A stretch of 64,000 nucleotides of DNA from Gammaproteobacteria bacterium (GCA_021647705.1 JAKIUF010000007.1:76751-140750); one strand, 5' to 3'; shown: positions 8,278 through 18,236, counted from the first letter of the stretch. Notes: generated by a model not told the origin, from the letters alone. A program made the numbers and translations.

Positions 8278-8736
8278 TTATGTCGTCACCATTTTTTGCC
8301 ACCAATCATTCACATGACTGGCATGCTGCCTTTCTTCACTGAGCAAGGCATCAAAAAAAATCCGGTTTTCGCAGTCACCCGCCTGGATACAATACTGAAC
8401 AGCGCTCTCGTAAAATTCTACAATTTCATGTTCAAATTCGATCACATGCTCTACCAACTGTGACAATGACCCATTTAGTTTGGGAGGTCGCAAACAACTT
8501 GCGTTGGGCGCAAACCCTAGTGCAACCATTCGACCAATAATTCGCTCAGCATGCTGTAGCTCATCCTGCGCTTCGTTTCGAAACCGTTCACTTGCCTCAT
8601 GCACTCCCCTCATTGTCAGGAGACTAGATAATGACAAATACTGCTGTACAGCAGAAAGTTCATAACTCAACGCGCGCCCAAGATAACCAGGGATTACTGC
8701 ATCCTGATTCATGACCGAAGGTTCATCACTCATCAT
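8278..8736 (-). CDS. Carboxysome-locus bacterioferritin-like protein
   Basis: GYLGRALSYELSAVQQY, DELQHA and EERQHA di-iron motifs; usual position after csoS1. Start uncertain (8712-8736). Confidence 0.85.
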   Translation of the reverse strand: MMSDEPSVMNQDAVIPGYLGRALSYELSAVQQYLSLSSLLTMRGVHEASERFRNEAQDELQHAERIIGRMVALGFAPNASCLRPPKLNGSLSQLVEHVIEFEHEIVEFYESAVQYCIQAGDCENRIFFDALLSEERQHASHVNDWWQKMVTT

Positions 8737-8783
8737 TCAAAGAAGGGTAAGGCAGGATAAATCCGCACTCACCCACCCCGAAT

Positions 8784-9080
8784 TCAAGCTTTATTGCCGT
8801 CAAGAATTGGTTCAACTTCCTTGTGCGGACGCGCGATAATATGTGCAGCCACCAAACCATCGCCAACCCGCTCACACGCATCAGCACCCGCACGTACAGC
8901 AGCGTTAACCGCACCCGTTTCGCCACGGACCAGTATGCTGACATAACCACCGCCGACAAATTCACGACCGATCAAGCGTACTTCTGCTGCTTTGGTCATC
9001 GCATCAGCAGCCTCGATAGCAGGAACCAGACCGCGGGTTTCAATCATGCCTAAGGCAATACCATAAGTATCATTTGCCAT
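8784..9080 (-). CDS. csoS1: Carboxysome shell hexamer CsoS1
   Basis: GIALGMIETRGLVPAIEAADAMTKAAEV..RGETGAVNAAV BMC-H motif. Confidence 0.97.
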   Translation of the reverse strand: MANDTYGIALGMIETRGLVPAIEAADAMTKAAEVRLIGREFVGGGYVSILVRGETGAVNAAVRAGADACERVGDGLVAAHIIARPHKEVEPILDGNKA

Positions 9081-9133
9081 GGTGTTATTCTCCTCTAGGG
9101 TGTTTATAGATTACAAAGTGCCTTTTGGGCTGC

Positions 9134-9436
9134 TTATGCCTTTGGGCCACTCATGCTGAGCACAGGCTCAACTTCTTTGTGAGGACGCGCAATAATGTGT
9201 GCGGCCACCAAACCATCGCCAACACGTTCACAGGCATCAGCACCCGCACGTACAGCAGCATTAACAGCACCTGTTTCGCCACGCACCAGTATGGTGACAT
9301 AACCACCGCCGACAAATTCACGACCGATTAAACGTACTTCAGCGGCTTTAGTCATTGCATCGGCTGCTTCAATAGCGGGAACCAAGCCGCGGGTTTCTAT
9401 CATTCCAAGCGCAATACCATAGTTGTTTTCGCTCAT
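9134..9436 (-). CDS. csoS1: Carboxysome shell hexamer CsoS1 (paralog)
   Basis: Nearly identical BMC-H protein to 8784-9080. Confidence 0.97.
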   Translation of the reverse strand: MSENNYGIALGMIETRGLVPAIEAADAMTKAAEVRLIGREFVGGGYVTILVRGETGAVNAAVRAGADACERVGDGLVAAHIIARPHKEVEPVLSMSGPKA

Positions 9437-9487
9437 TACCTTTTCTCCGTCTTGATGAATTAAAAATCTTCTCGTACTTCACTACAA

Positions 9488-9757
9488 TTACACTGTTTCC
9501 AATTGACCGTTGTCTACATCCCAATAATCAATAATTCCACCTACCGTCAAATCCGTTAATACTGTCGGGTCTTCACAGGCATAACGTGCCGCCGACCCGC
9601 TTATCACAAAAACCCAGTTACCTTCCCGGGAACCACAAGGATCCACCGCCACCTGAAGTTTACCGCTGGTGTTTCGCAGCACACGCAAACTGTATCGCTG
9701 CAAGCCAGGGTGGCGTTGGGTACATACCAAAGTATCCACCACCTGCAATATCTCCAC
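9488..9757 (-). CDS. csoS4B: Carboxysome shell pentamer CsoS4B
   Basis: LVCTQR..VAVDPCG..GNWVF..GSAAR..LTDLTVGGIIDYW; GTG start. Confidence 0.93.
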   Translation of the reverse strand: MEILQVVDTLVCTQRHPGLQRYSLRVLRNTSGKLQVAVDPCGSREGNWVFVISGSAARYACEDPTVLTDLTVGGIIDYWDVDNGQLETV

Positions 9758-9762
9758 TAGCT

Positions 9763-10008
9763 CTATTCCTCATCCCAGTAGTCAATGATGCCCACAATCG
9801 TCAAATCACTGGGATATTCTTTGCTACCCGCAGCCTCACGAGCAGCCGAACTTCCTACACATAACACCCAGTCCCCTGGCGAACACCCTACAGAATCTAC
9901 AGCGACCAACCGGCTACTGCCGTCAAGCACGACCTGTAAATGTTTATGTTCCATGCCGGGTATGCGATTAGTGGCAACCAGAGGTTTTTCCACCTTACAT
10001 ATTTTCAT
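9763..10008 (-). CDS. csoS4A: Carboxysome shell pentamer CsoS4A
   Basis: MKICKVEKPLVATNRI..GDWVLCVGSSAAREAAG..YPSDLTIVGIIDYW; ATG overlaps the csoSCA stop. Confidence 0.95.
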   Translation of the reverse strand: MKICKVEKPLVATNRIPGMEHKHLQVVLDGSSRLVAVDSVGCSPGDWVLCVGSSAAREAAGSKEYPSDLTIVGIIDYWDEE

Positions 10009-11513
10009 TAATGTTTCTCCTGCCCGTTCAGTGCCAAAGAACATCCTACTGTTTCTGCACAAGCATCCGCATAGCAATCTCGCACCATTAACAAGGTATG
10101 CAACATACCCTTGCCATGTAATGCCGCGAAACGGTGTTTCAATGCGGCATCAAGCTGATGACAACGGTCAACTGCGCGTTCACGCGCACCTGGAACCTGA
10201 CCGTGATAATCATTTCGAATTACCACTGGAACCGGCAGCCCACGTGACACATTCAATTGACTGAATATTTTTATGCCTACATCCAGATCTCTGGCACCTT
10301 CTTCGACTGTTTTCAAATAAGCAAAGTACGTCAGATTGCGCAACTGTATTTCTTCAAAACCAATACCCATGCCAATAAAGCGTTCTTGATGACCTATGTC
10401 TTCATATCGCCCGTTGTAATATTCACGAACATAATTCACTTGCAACATATTACTGTGAAACAATTTGGCAACAAACCGCAACATGCCTTCGGCAGGCGCA
10501 ATCCCCTGAGTCTGTGCCAAACCTGCAACAACGTTATATATTTCTTCACCCGTATCACCAGCGTTTGCGACAGCATAAACATCATTGCAATCAACATAAC
10601 GCACTGCATCAATGCCGCCATCAGCATCTGACAAGTGAATACGAATCGCGTCGTTATCGGTATCAATACCTATTAACAACAGGTCAATGGACGCACCACA
10701 ACAAAAACTGTTTTCAACACCCTGCTGAAATGCCTGCAAACGTGACAGCGCACCCTCAGCAGCTTTTACGGCATCGCTACCATGCGCTGCACAACCTTCT
10801 ACATCAGGCGCGCTTGTACTGTAGTGATAAACAGCAGCTTTCAAATAACGTGTCGCCGCATCAACGCTATTAGGCCTTGATTCTCGATAGCGCAACATTT
10901 CTGTCTCGACCCACTTTTGCAGGCTGTCATCAATGTCAAACATTGCACCAGCGTAAGACTTTCGGCGCACCGATTTATACGGCAGACGCAGCACATACCG
11001 AATAACGTGTGCCAAACGCCCATCTGCACAAGGCGATACATCCACCGTGTGAAAGCCACACTTTTCAATAAATGCCTGAAAATTCTCATCGTCCAAACCC
11101 ACCAGAGGCCTGTCGGTAAAAAACTCATCCGACATGCGACGAAACGTTTCAAAAACACACCACACATACAACTGGCCGATATCCACAGACTTTATCCATG
11201 CGTCTGCCAACAAAACATCGGGCAACTCAAAGCCCAGATACTCTCGGGCAACAGCTTGTGCGCGACGTGAAAAATCCGTCTCATGCTGAAAACCGGAAAC
11301 CGCTTTCAAACACAATTCAATGTTCGCAAAAGCCTGTTTTACTTTTTGCTCGTAGCGATAGAGATGTAAATTTTCACCACCTCTATCCGACCTATAACCA
11401 ACCTCATAAGCAGTACCAACCTTATAAGCAGTACCAGCCTGCGGTGCAGAAGGGCGCATTACAGTCCGCGCACGCTGCAAAGGTCTCCTGCTTTTGGCTC
11501 TGGCATTAAACAT
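10008..11513 (-). CDS. csoSCA: Carboxysomal beta-carbonic anhydrase CsoSCA (CsoS3)
   Basis: SPCADGRL, RRKSYAGAMFD, YHYS..GCAAHG, NSFCCGAS and LRNLTYFAYL motifs. Confidence 0.96.
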   Translation of the reverse strand: MFNARAKSRRPLQRARTVMRPSAPQAGTAYKVGTAYEVGYRSDRGGENLHLYRYEQKVKQAFANIELCLKAVSGFQHETDFSRRAQAVAREYLGFELPDVLLADAWIKSVDIGQLYVWCVFETFRRMSDEFFTDRPLVGLDDENFQAFIEKCGFHTVDVSPCADGRLAHVIRYVLRLPYKSVRRKSYAGAMFDIDDSLQKWVETEMLRYRESRPNSVDAATRYLKAAVYHYSTSAPDVEGCAAHGSDAVKAAEGALSRLQAFQQGVENSFCCGASIDLLLIGIDTDNDAIRIHLSDADGGIDAVRYVDCNDVYAVANAGDTGEEIYNVVAGLAQTQGIAPAEGMLRFVAKLFHSNMLQVNYVREYYNGRYEDIGHQERFIGMGIGFEEIQLRNLTYFAYLKTVEEGARDLDVGIKIFSQLNVSRGLPVPVVIRNDYHGQVPGARERAVDRCHQLDAALKHRFAALHGKGMLHTLLMVRDCYADACAETVGCSLALNGQEKH

Positions 11514-11642
11514 TTTATTTACTTGTGCCCTACTTCATCATTCCAGGATTTGGCGTCAAGACCCAGTGAGCTACTGCCCACTGGCCGCTTGGTTATTACA
11601 ACAAGTCATACAAACAGGAAAACCCAATCAACGACTCTCAGG

Positions 11643-13541
11643 CTACCCTCTGGCACCACCTGATACGGTTATCATTGCACCATTTTCAGTGTTTCCACTT
11701 CCGCCTGTCACTTTCGAGTCACTGGGTGGCACTTCTTCGTTACGCTTTGGCGCTACACCTGGCATCGCGTTCATGGGTCCCCGTATCGTCACATTACGGC
11801 GGGTTGCAGAGCGCCCCTCAGTACCGGTGACATGTTCACCCCGGTCCCAATCATTACCTGTGACAGTCAAACCCGTTGAGAGACCTTCACCCGTCACGCG
11901 GGAAACCTTGGCTTCTTTTGCTTTTTCAACCGGCGCTCTCGGTACAGCAACGGGAGACTCATTGCGGCGGCCACTGGATCTGAACTGTTCCGTCCCGGTC
12001 ACTTTCCCCTCACCGAGTGAAAAAGTGCCACTAACACGCCCCTGTTCATAGCTCGTACCCGTCACCGCCGATGCAACCACGGGGGCTTCGCTCGCATGAA
12101 CGAGTGCTTCGCTGGCATGATTCGGTGTCGCAATACTGAAGGTTCCCCATGGAGCCCCTTCCAATGGCTGTGGAAAATCACTATCACCTACCTGAGCGGG
12201 TGTTGTGCCACAGACATTGATTTGCTCACTGTCACCCAAATAAGCCGTTCCGCTTACCGACTGACAACTGCCTTTTTCTGTTCCTGTCAATCCGGACAAA
12301 CCGGGCTGCACACCACTGATATCGCGGCCGGTATTACTTTTCATTGGCAAAGAAGTCCTGGCCTGTATGGCTTTAACTTCTTGCGGCATACAATAATCCA
12401 GCGTTTGCTCAACACCCGCATAGGGTGTCCCGGTAACTGCCTTGCAGGTGCCCAGCTCATCCCCTGTGACTGAACGGGATCGTGCAGGCTTTGATCCTGA
12501 GACAATCAGCCCTCGTGTTGTTTGCGAATGGCTGACTTTCGCGCTTCCCGGCTCTGGCTTCGACTGGCAGAAATTGTCGTACTGCTCACGGCCAACATAC
12601 TCATTGCCCGTCACATTCCGGCAACTCCCCCGCTCATCACCCGTGACACGCTCGCTGCGCCCCACTTTTCCACCACCTGTCACTGTTGATCCACTCAGTG
12701 TTTCTGTGGTTTGCACCTTTGCAGGCACGATTGGCAAAACCTTAGGCGAATCCGCTTGGCAAAAATCAGTAAAAACTTCACTCGACATGTAGTCTGTACC
12801 GGTTACTGAGCGACACAAACCTATCTCGTCACCTGTTGTTTTTTCGCTATGCGCAACCTTTGTACCTGTCACTCCGGTTTCAGGTCGCGGACGCTTTCGA
12901 CCAACCGGCGCAGGCGCGGCAGCACCCTGAGCACCCGTGGCACTCCGTTGTGCGCGAATACTACGGGCCAGTTGCCGACCTGATATATCAGGGTTCTGGT
13001 GCTTTACCATCTGCGCAGAACTCAGACCTTTACGGAACACATCGTGTCCGCTTTTGCCATGTTTCGCTAACATCTCACGACGCAATCGGGAATTAATCCG
13101 CCCTGCATTGCTCGGTGTTACCTTCTTTGGCTCCTGGCTGCGGCGACGGCTCCCCGGCTTGGGTGACACTCGCGACAACGCGGAAGCGGAAGTAGATGGT
13201 ACGTTTTTCGCGCAATCCCCTTCACCGTTGCAACCACAGCCACAGTCTTTTTTCTCCTGAGCCTGATTACGTGCACTGCGCATCGTATCCGCCATGCGCT
13301 GACGATCCGTAGAAGCAACACCCGACTTGCCTTGTTTAGACATGGCCCGTCTTCGTGCCTGAGACGCAGCACGCCCCGTGCTCGTCACCGTAGCTGGACG
13401 TCTTGCTACCGCAGCCGCCACGGGAGGCGTGCTCGACACCGCTGGAGCACTTGTGTTGCTTCTGGCAGACGAGACATTTTTGCCACTCACTTGTGCTTCG
13501 CGACGCGCCATTGAGGCAGCACGACCTGACAGCTTTTGCAT
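11643..13541 (-). CDS. csoS2: Carboxysome scaffold CsoS2 (short, 632 aa)
   Basis: Four N-terminal GR..S..RR-type helices, [VI][TS]G repeats with Cys pairs, C-terminal ITVSGGARG; AAGGAG RBS. Confidence 0.96.
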   Translation of the reverse strand: MQKLSGRAASMARREAQVSGKNVSSARSNTSAPAVSSTPPVAAAVARRPATVTSTGRAASQARRRAMSKQGKSGVASTDRQRMADTMRSARNQAQEKKDCGCGCNGEGDCAKNVPSTSASALSRVSPKPGSRRRSQEPKKVTPSNAGRINSRLRREMLAKHGKSGHDVFRKGLSSAQMVKHQNPDISGRQLARSIRAQRSATGAQGAAAPAPVGRKRPRPETGVTGTKVAHSEKTTGDEIGLCRSVTGTDYMSSEVFTDFCQADSPKVLPIVPAKVQTTETLSGSTVTGGGKVGRSERVTGDERGSCRNVTGNEYVGREQYDNFCQSKPEPGSAKVSHSQTTRGLIVSGSKPARSRSVTGDELGTCKAVTGTPYAGVEQTLDYCMPQEVKAIQARTSLPMKSNTGRDISGVQPGLSGLTGTEKGSCQSVSGTAYLGDSEQINVCGTTPAQVGDSDFPQPLEGAPWGTFSIATPNHASEALVHASEAPVVASAVTGTSYEQGRVSGTFSLGEGKVTGTEQFRSSGRRNESPVAVPRAPVEKAKEAKVSRVTGEGLSTGLTVTGNDWDRGEHVTGTEGRSATRRNVTIRGPMNAMPGVAPKRNEEVPPSDSKVTGGSGNTENGAMITVSGGARG

Positions 13542-13629
13542 GGCTTTTACTCCTTACTTGAACTCTCTAACCTTGTAGCTGGCCATGGAGATTTCTCCGT
13601 AGCCAGCCTCCCCTGCTCATTTATCAGGA

Positions 13630-13968
13630 CTAGGCACGATAAACGACGAAACAAACACCTTGGCTTTGTGTGTAGCTGTCGTAACCAATCAGTCTGACAT
13701 GATGACCCGGGTAGGCCCGGTGACAGGCTTCAAGCTCATTCACGACATTGTTTAACTCGGTTTCACCAAAGAAAGGAAGTTTCCACATAGGCCAATAGTG
13801 ATCGGCTGCCTGGGCGGGTACTTCGTGCTCGATTGCCGGCGTCAAACCCTGAGCAAGCATGTAGTTTATCTGTTCATAAACTTCTTCTTGCGTCAATGCT
13901 GGCAAAAACGAGAAAGTTTCAAGTGTTTGCTGGGTGCGATAATCACCGATTTGTGAATCTGCATTCAT
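13630..13968 (-). CDS. cbbS: Rubisco small subunit, form IA (carboxysomal)
   Basis: ETFSFLP, YWPMWKLPFFGE and HVRLIGYD motifs. Confidence 0.97.
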   Translation of the reverse strand: MNADSQIGDYRTQQTLETFSFLPALTQEEVYEQINYMLAQGLTPAIEHEVPAQAADHYWPMWKLPFFGETELNNVVNELEACHRAYPGHHVRLIGYDSYTQSQGVCFVVYRA

Positions 13969-14002
13969 AATTTTCTCCTGATTTTCTTGGGCAAACAGGG
14001 CG

Positions 14003-15415
14003 TTAAGCCACGTCTAACTTGTCAACGGTATCGAATTCAAACTTGATTTCTTTCCAGGTTTCCATTGCGATAGCCAACTCAGGGCTATGACTCGCAGCAC
14101 CTTCCATGATTTCACGCGCTTCACGCTCCAGCTCACGACCTTCGTTACGTGCTTTCACACAAGCTTCCAGTGCGACACGGTTAGCGGCTGCACCTGCTGC
14201 ATTACCCCATGGGTGTCCCTGTGTACCACCACCAAACTGGAGAATGGAGTCATCACCAAAGATGCTCACTAGCGCAGGCATGTGCCATACATGAATTCCG
14301 CCCGATGCCACCGCAAATACGCCCGGCATTGAACCCCAGTCCTGGTCAAAGAAAATACCGCGAGAGCGATCTTCAGGAATGAACGATTCACGCAGCAAAT
14401 CGACAAAACCCAGAGTAGAAGCGCGATCACCTTCCAGCTTGCCAACGACCGTACCGGTATGCAGATGATCACCACCTGACAAACGAAGACACTTGGCTAA
14501 TACGCGGAAGTGGATACCGTGTTTTGGGTTACGATCAATAACCGCATGCATCGCACGATGGATGTGCAACAGGATGCCATTCTTGCGACACCATTTTGCC
14601 AGACCGGTATTCGCTGTAAAACCACCCGTCAGGAAGTCATGCATGATCACAGGCTGACCCAATTCTTTGGCGAACTCAGCGCGCTCATACATATCTTCAG
14701 GCGTATTGGCTGTCACGTTCAAATAGTGACCTTTCGTCTCACCCGTTTCTGCCTGTGCCTTATTCACCGCTTCAGCAACAAATTCGAAACGATTCTGCCA
14801 GCGCATGAAGGGCTGTGAATTTACGTTTTCATCGTCTTTGGTTAAATCCAAACCACCACGCAGACACTCATAAACTGCACGACCATAGTTTTTCGCTGAA
14901 AGGCCCAGTTTTGGCTTGATGGTACAACCCAGCAGTGGGCGACCATATTTATTCAACTTGTCACGCTCAACCTGAATACCACTGGGAGGTCCCATGCAGG
15001 TTTTCACGAAAGCAATCGGGAAGCGAATGTCTTCAAGACGCAGGTATCTCAGCGCTTTAAAGCCGAATACATTACCCACCAATGACGTTAATACATTGAC
15101 AATCGAACCTTCTTCAAAAAGATCCAGTGGGTAAGCGATGAAGGTGTAGAAGCTCTCTTTGTCCCCTGGCACATCTTCGATACGGTACGCACGACCTTTG
15201 TAGAATTCCATATCGGTCAACAATTCAGACCACACTGTACTCCACGTTCCCGTTGAAGATTCCGCAGCAACAGCGGCGGCGGCTTCTTCACGAGGTACAC
15301 CTTCCTGCTGTGTTACCTTGAAACACGCCAACAAATCCGTATCCAACGGTACATAGTCCGGTGCCCAATACAGGTCACGATACTCTTTTACACCAGCATC
15401 AAATTTTTTAGCCAT
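14003..15415 (-). CDS. cbbL: Rubisco large subunit, form IAc
   Basis: [11 protein letters not shown] active-site motif, [15 protein letters not shown]; start MAKKFDAGV at 15415 with AGGAG RBS (470 aa). Confidence 0.98.
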   Translation of the reverse strand: MAKKFDAGVKEYRDLYWAPDYVPLDTDLLACFKVTQQEGVPREEAAAAVAAESSTGTWSTVWSELLTDMEFYKGRAYRIEDVPGDKESFYTFIAYPLDLFEEGSIVNVLTSLVGNVFGFKALRYLRLEDIRFPIAFVKTCMGPPSGIQVERDKLNKYGRPLLGCTIKPKLGLSAKNYGRAVYECLRGGLDLTKDDENVNSQPFMRWQNRFEFVAEAVNKAQAETGETKGHYLNVTANTPEDMYERAEFAKELGQPVIMHDFLTGGFTANTGLAKWCRKNGILLHIHRAMHAVIDRNPKHGIHFRVLAKCLRLSGGDHLHTGTVVGKLEGDRASTLGFVDLLRESFIPEDRSRGIFFDQDWGSMPGVFAVASGGIHVWHMPALVSIFGDDSILQFGGGTQGHPWGNAAGAAANRVALEACVKARNEGRELEREAREIMEGAASHSPELAIAMETWKEIKFEFDTVDKLDVA

Positions 15416-16078
15416 AGTCAGTTCACTCCTGCTGTGCTTGTTTAAATTCCTCAAAGGCAAGATTAACGATGCATGAACATTAAGACCAATTGATAATTTG
15501 AATCTCATTCATTTACGATCATCAATGAACAAATTGTCATCAAACGCAATATATTGGTTTTAATCAACACATACATCACTTGCTACATGCCCTGTAAAAC
15601 TTACAGTCGGCGACCCTAACACACTGCAATAAAAAGGAAAATATGGCAGCACATCTGTCACCAACTATAAAATGGGGTTTTTGTGACCTAAATGACCCGG
15701 ACTTTATGCAGAACTGCGGGTTTCTTTGGTGGTTAACGAGCATCAGGCGAAGAATGCGCACGCACTACCCCCATAATAACCTTCAAAAAATAAGGCTATA
15801 GGGTCGTAACCTGTGAGATTTAGGTGTTCTGTCCGCAATTCCCACCAATGTAGTCACAAGCGGAACAAAATAACGAAAAGCCAGGCAGAAGCAATGTGGG
15901 AAAAATTATCCGGTGGCGACTCTCTAGCAATCGACAAAAATCAAACAACAGCCAAATCAAAAAGGAATTTATATATCAAAGCACTTGAAAAAAATTCGGT
16001 TACACAATTTAATTTACAGCCTCGACAGCATTGTTATAGTCATACTCGATATCGCCTCACCTTCAATTTTGATAAAAT

Positions 16079-16534
16079 ATGAAAATAGCATATCCAAAAT
16101 ACGCTTTATTAACGATTATGCTTTCAATAAGTATTTTGTTCGCAGCGTGTTCTGTCACAAATCACACTGCCCAACAAAATAGTGCTTCGCAATTCACAAT
16201 AAGCCCCAAAGTGATAAATATTAATCAAATATTTACGATCAAAGTTCCTGGGGTACATCCTTCCAGCCTGTCAATACGTGACCCTATGGGCATATGGTAT
16301 GTAGTCCATGATTCCAGGGAAAAGGTATTTATATTGCCGAAAGATGAATATGTAAAAGCAAGAAGGATCGATATATCACCAACTAAACTCATGGGAATAA
16401 ACTGGACCGATGGCAAGAAAACTGAAGGGTTAGTATTTCGCTTACCGGGTGAATATCTGATTTATATGGCGGATAACCTTGAAACCGAACCTGACAATAC
16501 CTTCCACTTTATGGGTAAGGTGTTTTTAAAATAA
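16079..16534 (+). CDS. Hypothetical lipoprotein
   Basis: Signal peptide with LFAAC lipobox; AT-rich; no recognised domain. Confidence 0.65.
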   Translation: MKIAYPKYALLTIMLSISILFAACSVTNHTAQQNSASQFTISPKVININQIFTIKVPGVHPSSLSIRDPMGIWYVVHDSREKVFILPKDEYVKARRIDISPTKLMGINWTDGKKTEGLVFRLPGEYLIYMADNLETEPDNTFHFMGKVFLK

Positions 16535-16767
16535 AAACGGGCTCTATACCCATATTTCATGGCTAAAAAAGATGGAGAAGAATAGTTATTTTATTGCAAG
16601 ATATTTTAACGCCACCTTGGAATCTCCAAGGTGTGCGGTTAGGTCTAAACCTCAATCCCTGAGGGTATATGTGAGCGAGGAAAATTGCGGGGTGTTTTAT
16701 TACTCGGCTTGTACTTCGATCAGACACTCAGCACGTCGCATTTTTCTCTAACCCCAATATTATCGAG

Positions 16768-17520
16768 TTATTGAAAATCAAAACTCAAGAGAGGTTTGAT
16801 TTTTTCAGATGATACCAAATAAGCATCATGAATAACTCTCTGGCCAACAATGGTCTTTTTTAACGTATTTGCCGAACTGAATGTTACGGCCTCTCCAAGT
16901 AGCACAGGATAAAAACCATTCCTGGCTTTACTCCCCACATGCGCACGATAGATACTGTCTCTATTATTTATGGCTTGCGCATGCTTCAAAGCACTGCTCT
17001 TATCTTTGAACGAACCGGCAACCACATAGTACGATTTAATTTCTTTACCATAACCAAAAAACATTTTTATCCCGCTAACACCTGCGCTCCACCAATTCAT
17101 TGAGGTACGTTTCATCGGGTCAACCACCGTTAACTCATCATCTTCGGTGTTTTTACTTTGCTCACTCGCATGCGCAGATGAAATAAAACTGAAACCTGCC
17201 ACTGAAACAGCTTCACTAGTTTTAATCCCACCCGACCACGTTGTAATCATTGCCGGAGCAGCAATAGCGATAGCCAGTAGTTTGATGCGACTCGGTTCGT
17301 CCGAAACCCACGCCAAAACCGCACCCAGGAATATCAGGATCGGCGTCAAAATAAAATAACCCACTTTAAAAGCAAACCACTGATCAGCGCTCAAATTAGC
17401 ACCCTGCTCAATAAGCAGCGCGTAATCCTGACCAAGAAATTTAACACACACCGCAGACAAACCGCCCAGTGCGCCGATGATAACCTTCTCCCAAGTCGTA
17501 AGCTGAGGTAACTTTGCCAT
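16768..17520 (-). CDS. Membrane protein with C-terminal SPOR-like domain
   Basis: Three to four N-terminal hydrophobic segments; YYVVAGSF..A..A..FYPVLLG..DAYL SPOR-like pattern. Confidence 0.6.
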   Translation of the reverse strand: MAKLPQLTTWEKVIIGALGGLSAVCVKFLGQDYALLIEQGANLSADQWFAFKVGYFILTPILIFLGAVLAWVSDEPSRIKLLAIAIAAPAMITTWSGGIKTSEAVSVAGFSFISSAHASEQSKNTEDDELTVVDPMKRTSMNWWSAGVSGIKMFFGYGKEIKSYYVVAGSFKDKSSALKHAQAINNRDSIYRAHVGSKARNGFYPVLLGEAVTFSSANTLKKTIVGQRVIHDAYLVSSEKIKPLLSFDFQ

Positions 17521-17618
17521 ATCGTATTATCCTTTTTTCTTTTTGTATTGTCCCTACAACCGTTAAATCAGTCTCGTTAACGTCAGTCTTATTTTACCGC
17601 GGAAAACCGGTTTCTTAG

Positions 17619-18230
17619 TCAGTTTTTACCGTATGTTAACGCCTTGCGCACCGGCGCAAAAGAACGGCGATGGATAGGGGTTACGCCCAGACTCTGTAAC
17701 GCCGCCATATGCACTTTGGTGGGATAGCCTTTGTGCCCCGCCAAACCATAACCGGGATACTCGGCATCCAGTAACACCATTTCACGGTCGCGCGTCACCT
17801 TGGCAATAATGGATGCCGCGCTGATGGCCGGTATTTTGCCATCCCCTTTGATAATGGCTTCGGCCGTACAGGGGAGTTCCGGGCAACGATTGCCATCCAC
17901 CAGAACATGCCCGGGTTGCAATGCTAATCCGGCGACGGCGCGCTGCATGGCCAGCATGGTCGCTTGCAGGATGTTGATTTTGTCAATTTCTTCCACTTCG
18001 GCACGGCCGATGGCCCAGGCTTTTGCATTCATTTGAATCTCTTCAAACAACGCCTCACGCTTTTTTTCACTGAGCACTTTGGAATCCGCCAGACCAGAAA
18101 TGGGGCGCTCCGGGTCAAGTATCACAGCAGCCGTTACCACAGGGCCAGCCAGCGGTCCTCGCCCTACTTCATCAACGCCTGCCACCCACAATGCAGCATC
18201 AGAAAAACCATGTGTTGATTGAGTACCCAT
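17619..18230 (-). CDS. rnhB: Ribonuclease HII
   Basis: [17 protein letters not shown], and [12 protein letters not shown] motifs. Confidence 0.97.
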   Translation of the reverse strand: MGTQSTHGFSDAALWVAGVDEVGRGPLAGPVVTAAVILDPERPISGLADSKVLSEKKREALFEEIQMNAKAWAIGRAEVEEIDKINILQATMLAMQRAVAGLALQPGHVLVDGNRCPELPCTAEAIIKGDGKIPAISAASIIAKVTRDREMVLLDAEYPGYGLAGHKGYPTKVHMAALQSLGVTPIHRRSFAPVRKALTYGKN

Positions 18231-18236
18231 ATCCCG

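Noticed and set aside
8784-9436. ~280-bp direct repeat
   Set aside because: Explained by the two csoS1 paralogs.
11494-13578. Plus-strand ORFs over csoS2 (e.g. 11494-12051)
   Set aside because: Antisense shadows of csoS2 with no motifs.
15416-15508. N-terminal extension of CbbL in the ORF track (also for tsf, pyrH, lpxD, rseP, dxr, csoS4A and acRAF)
   Set aside because: A downstream ATG with an RBS or stop-start overlap matches the family N-terminus.
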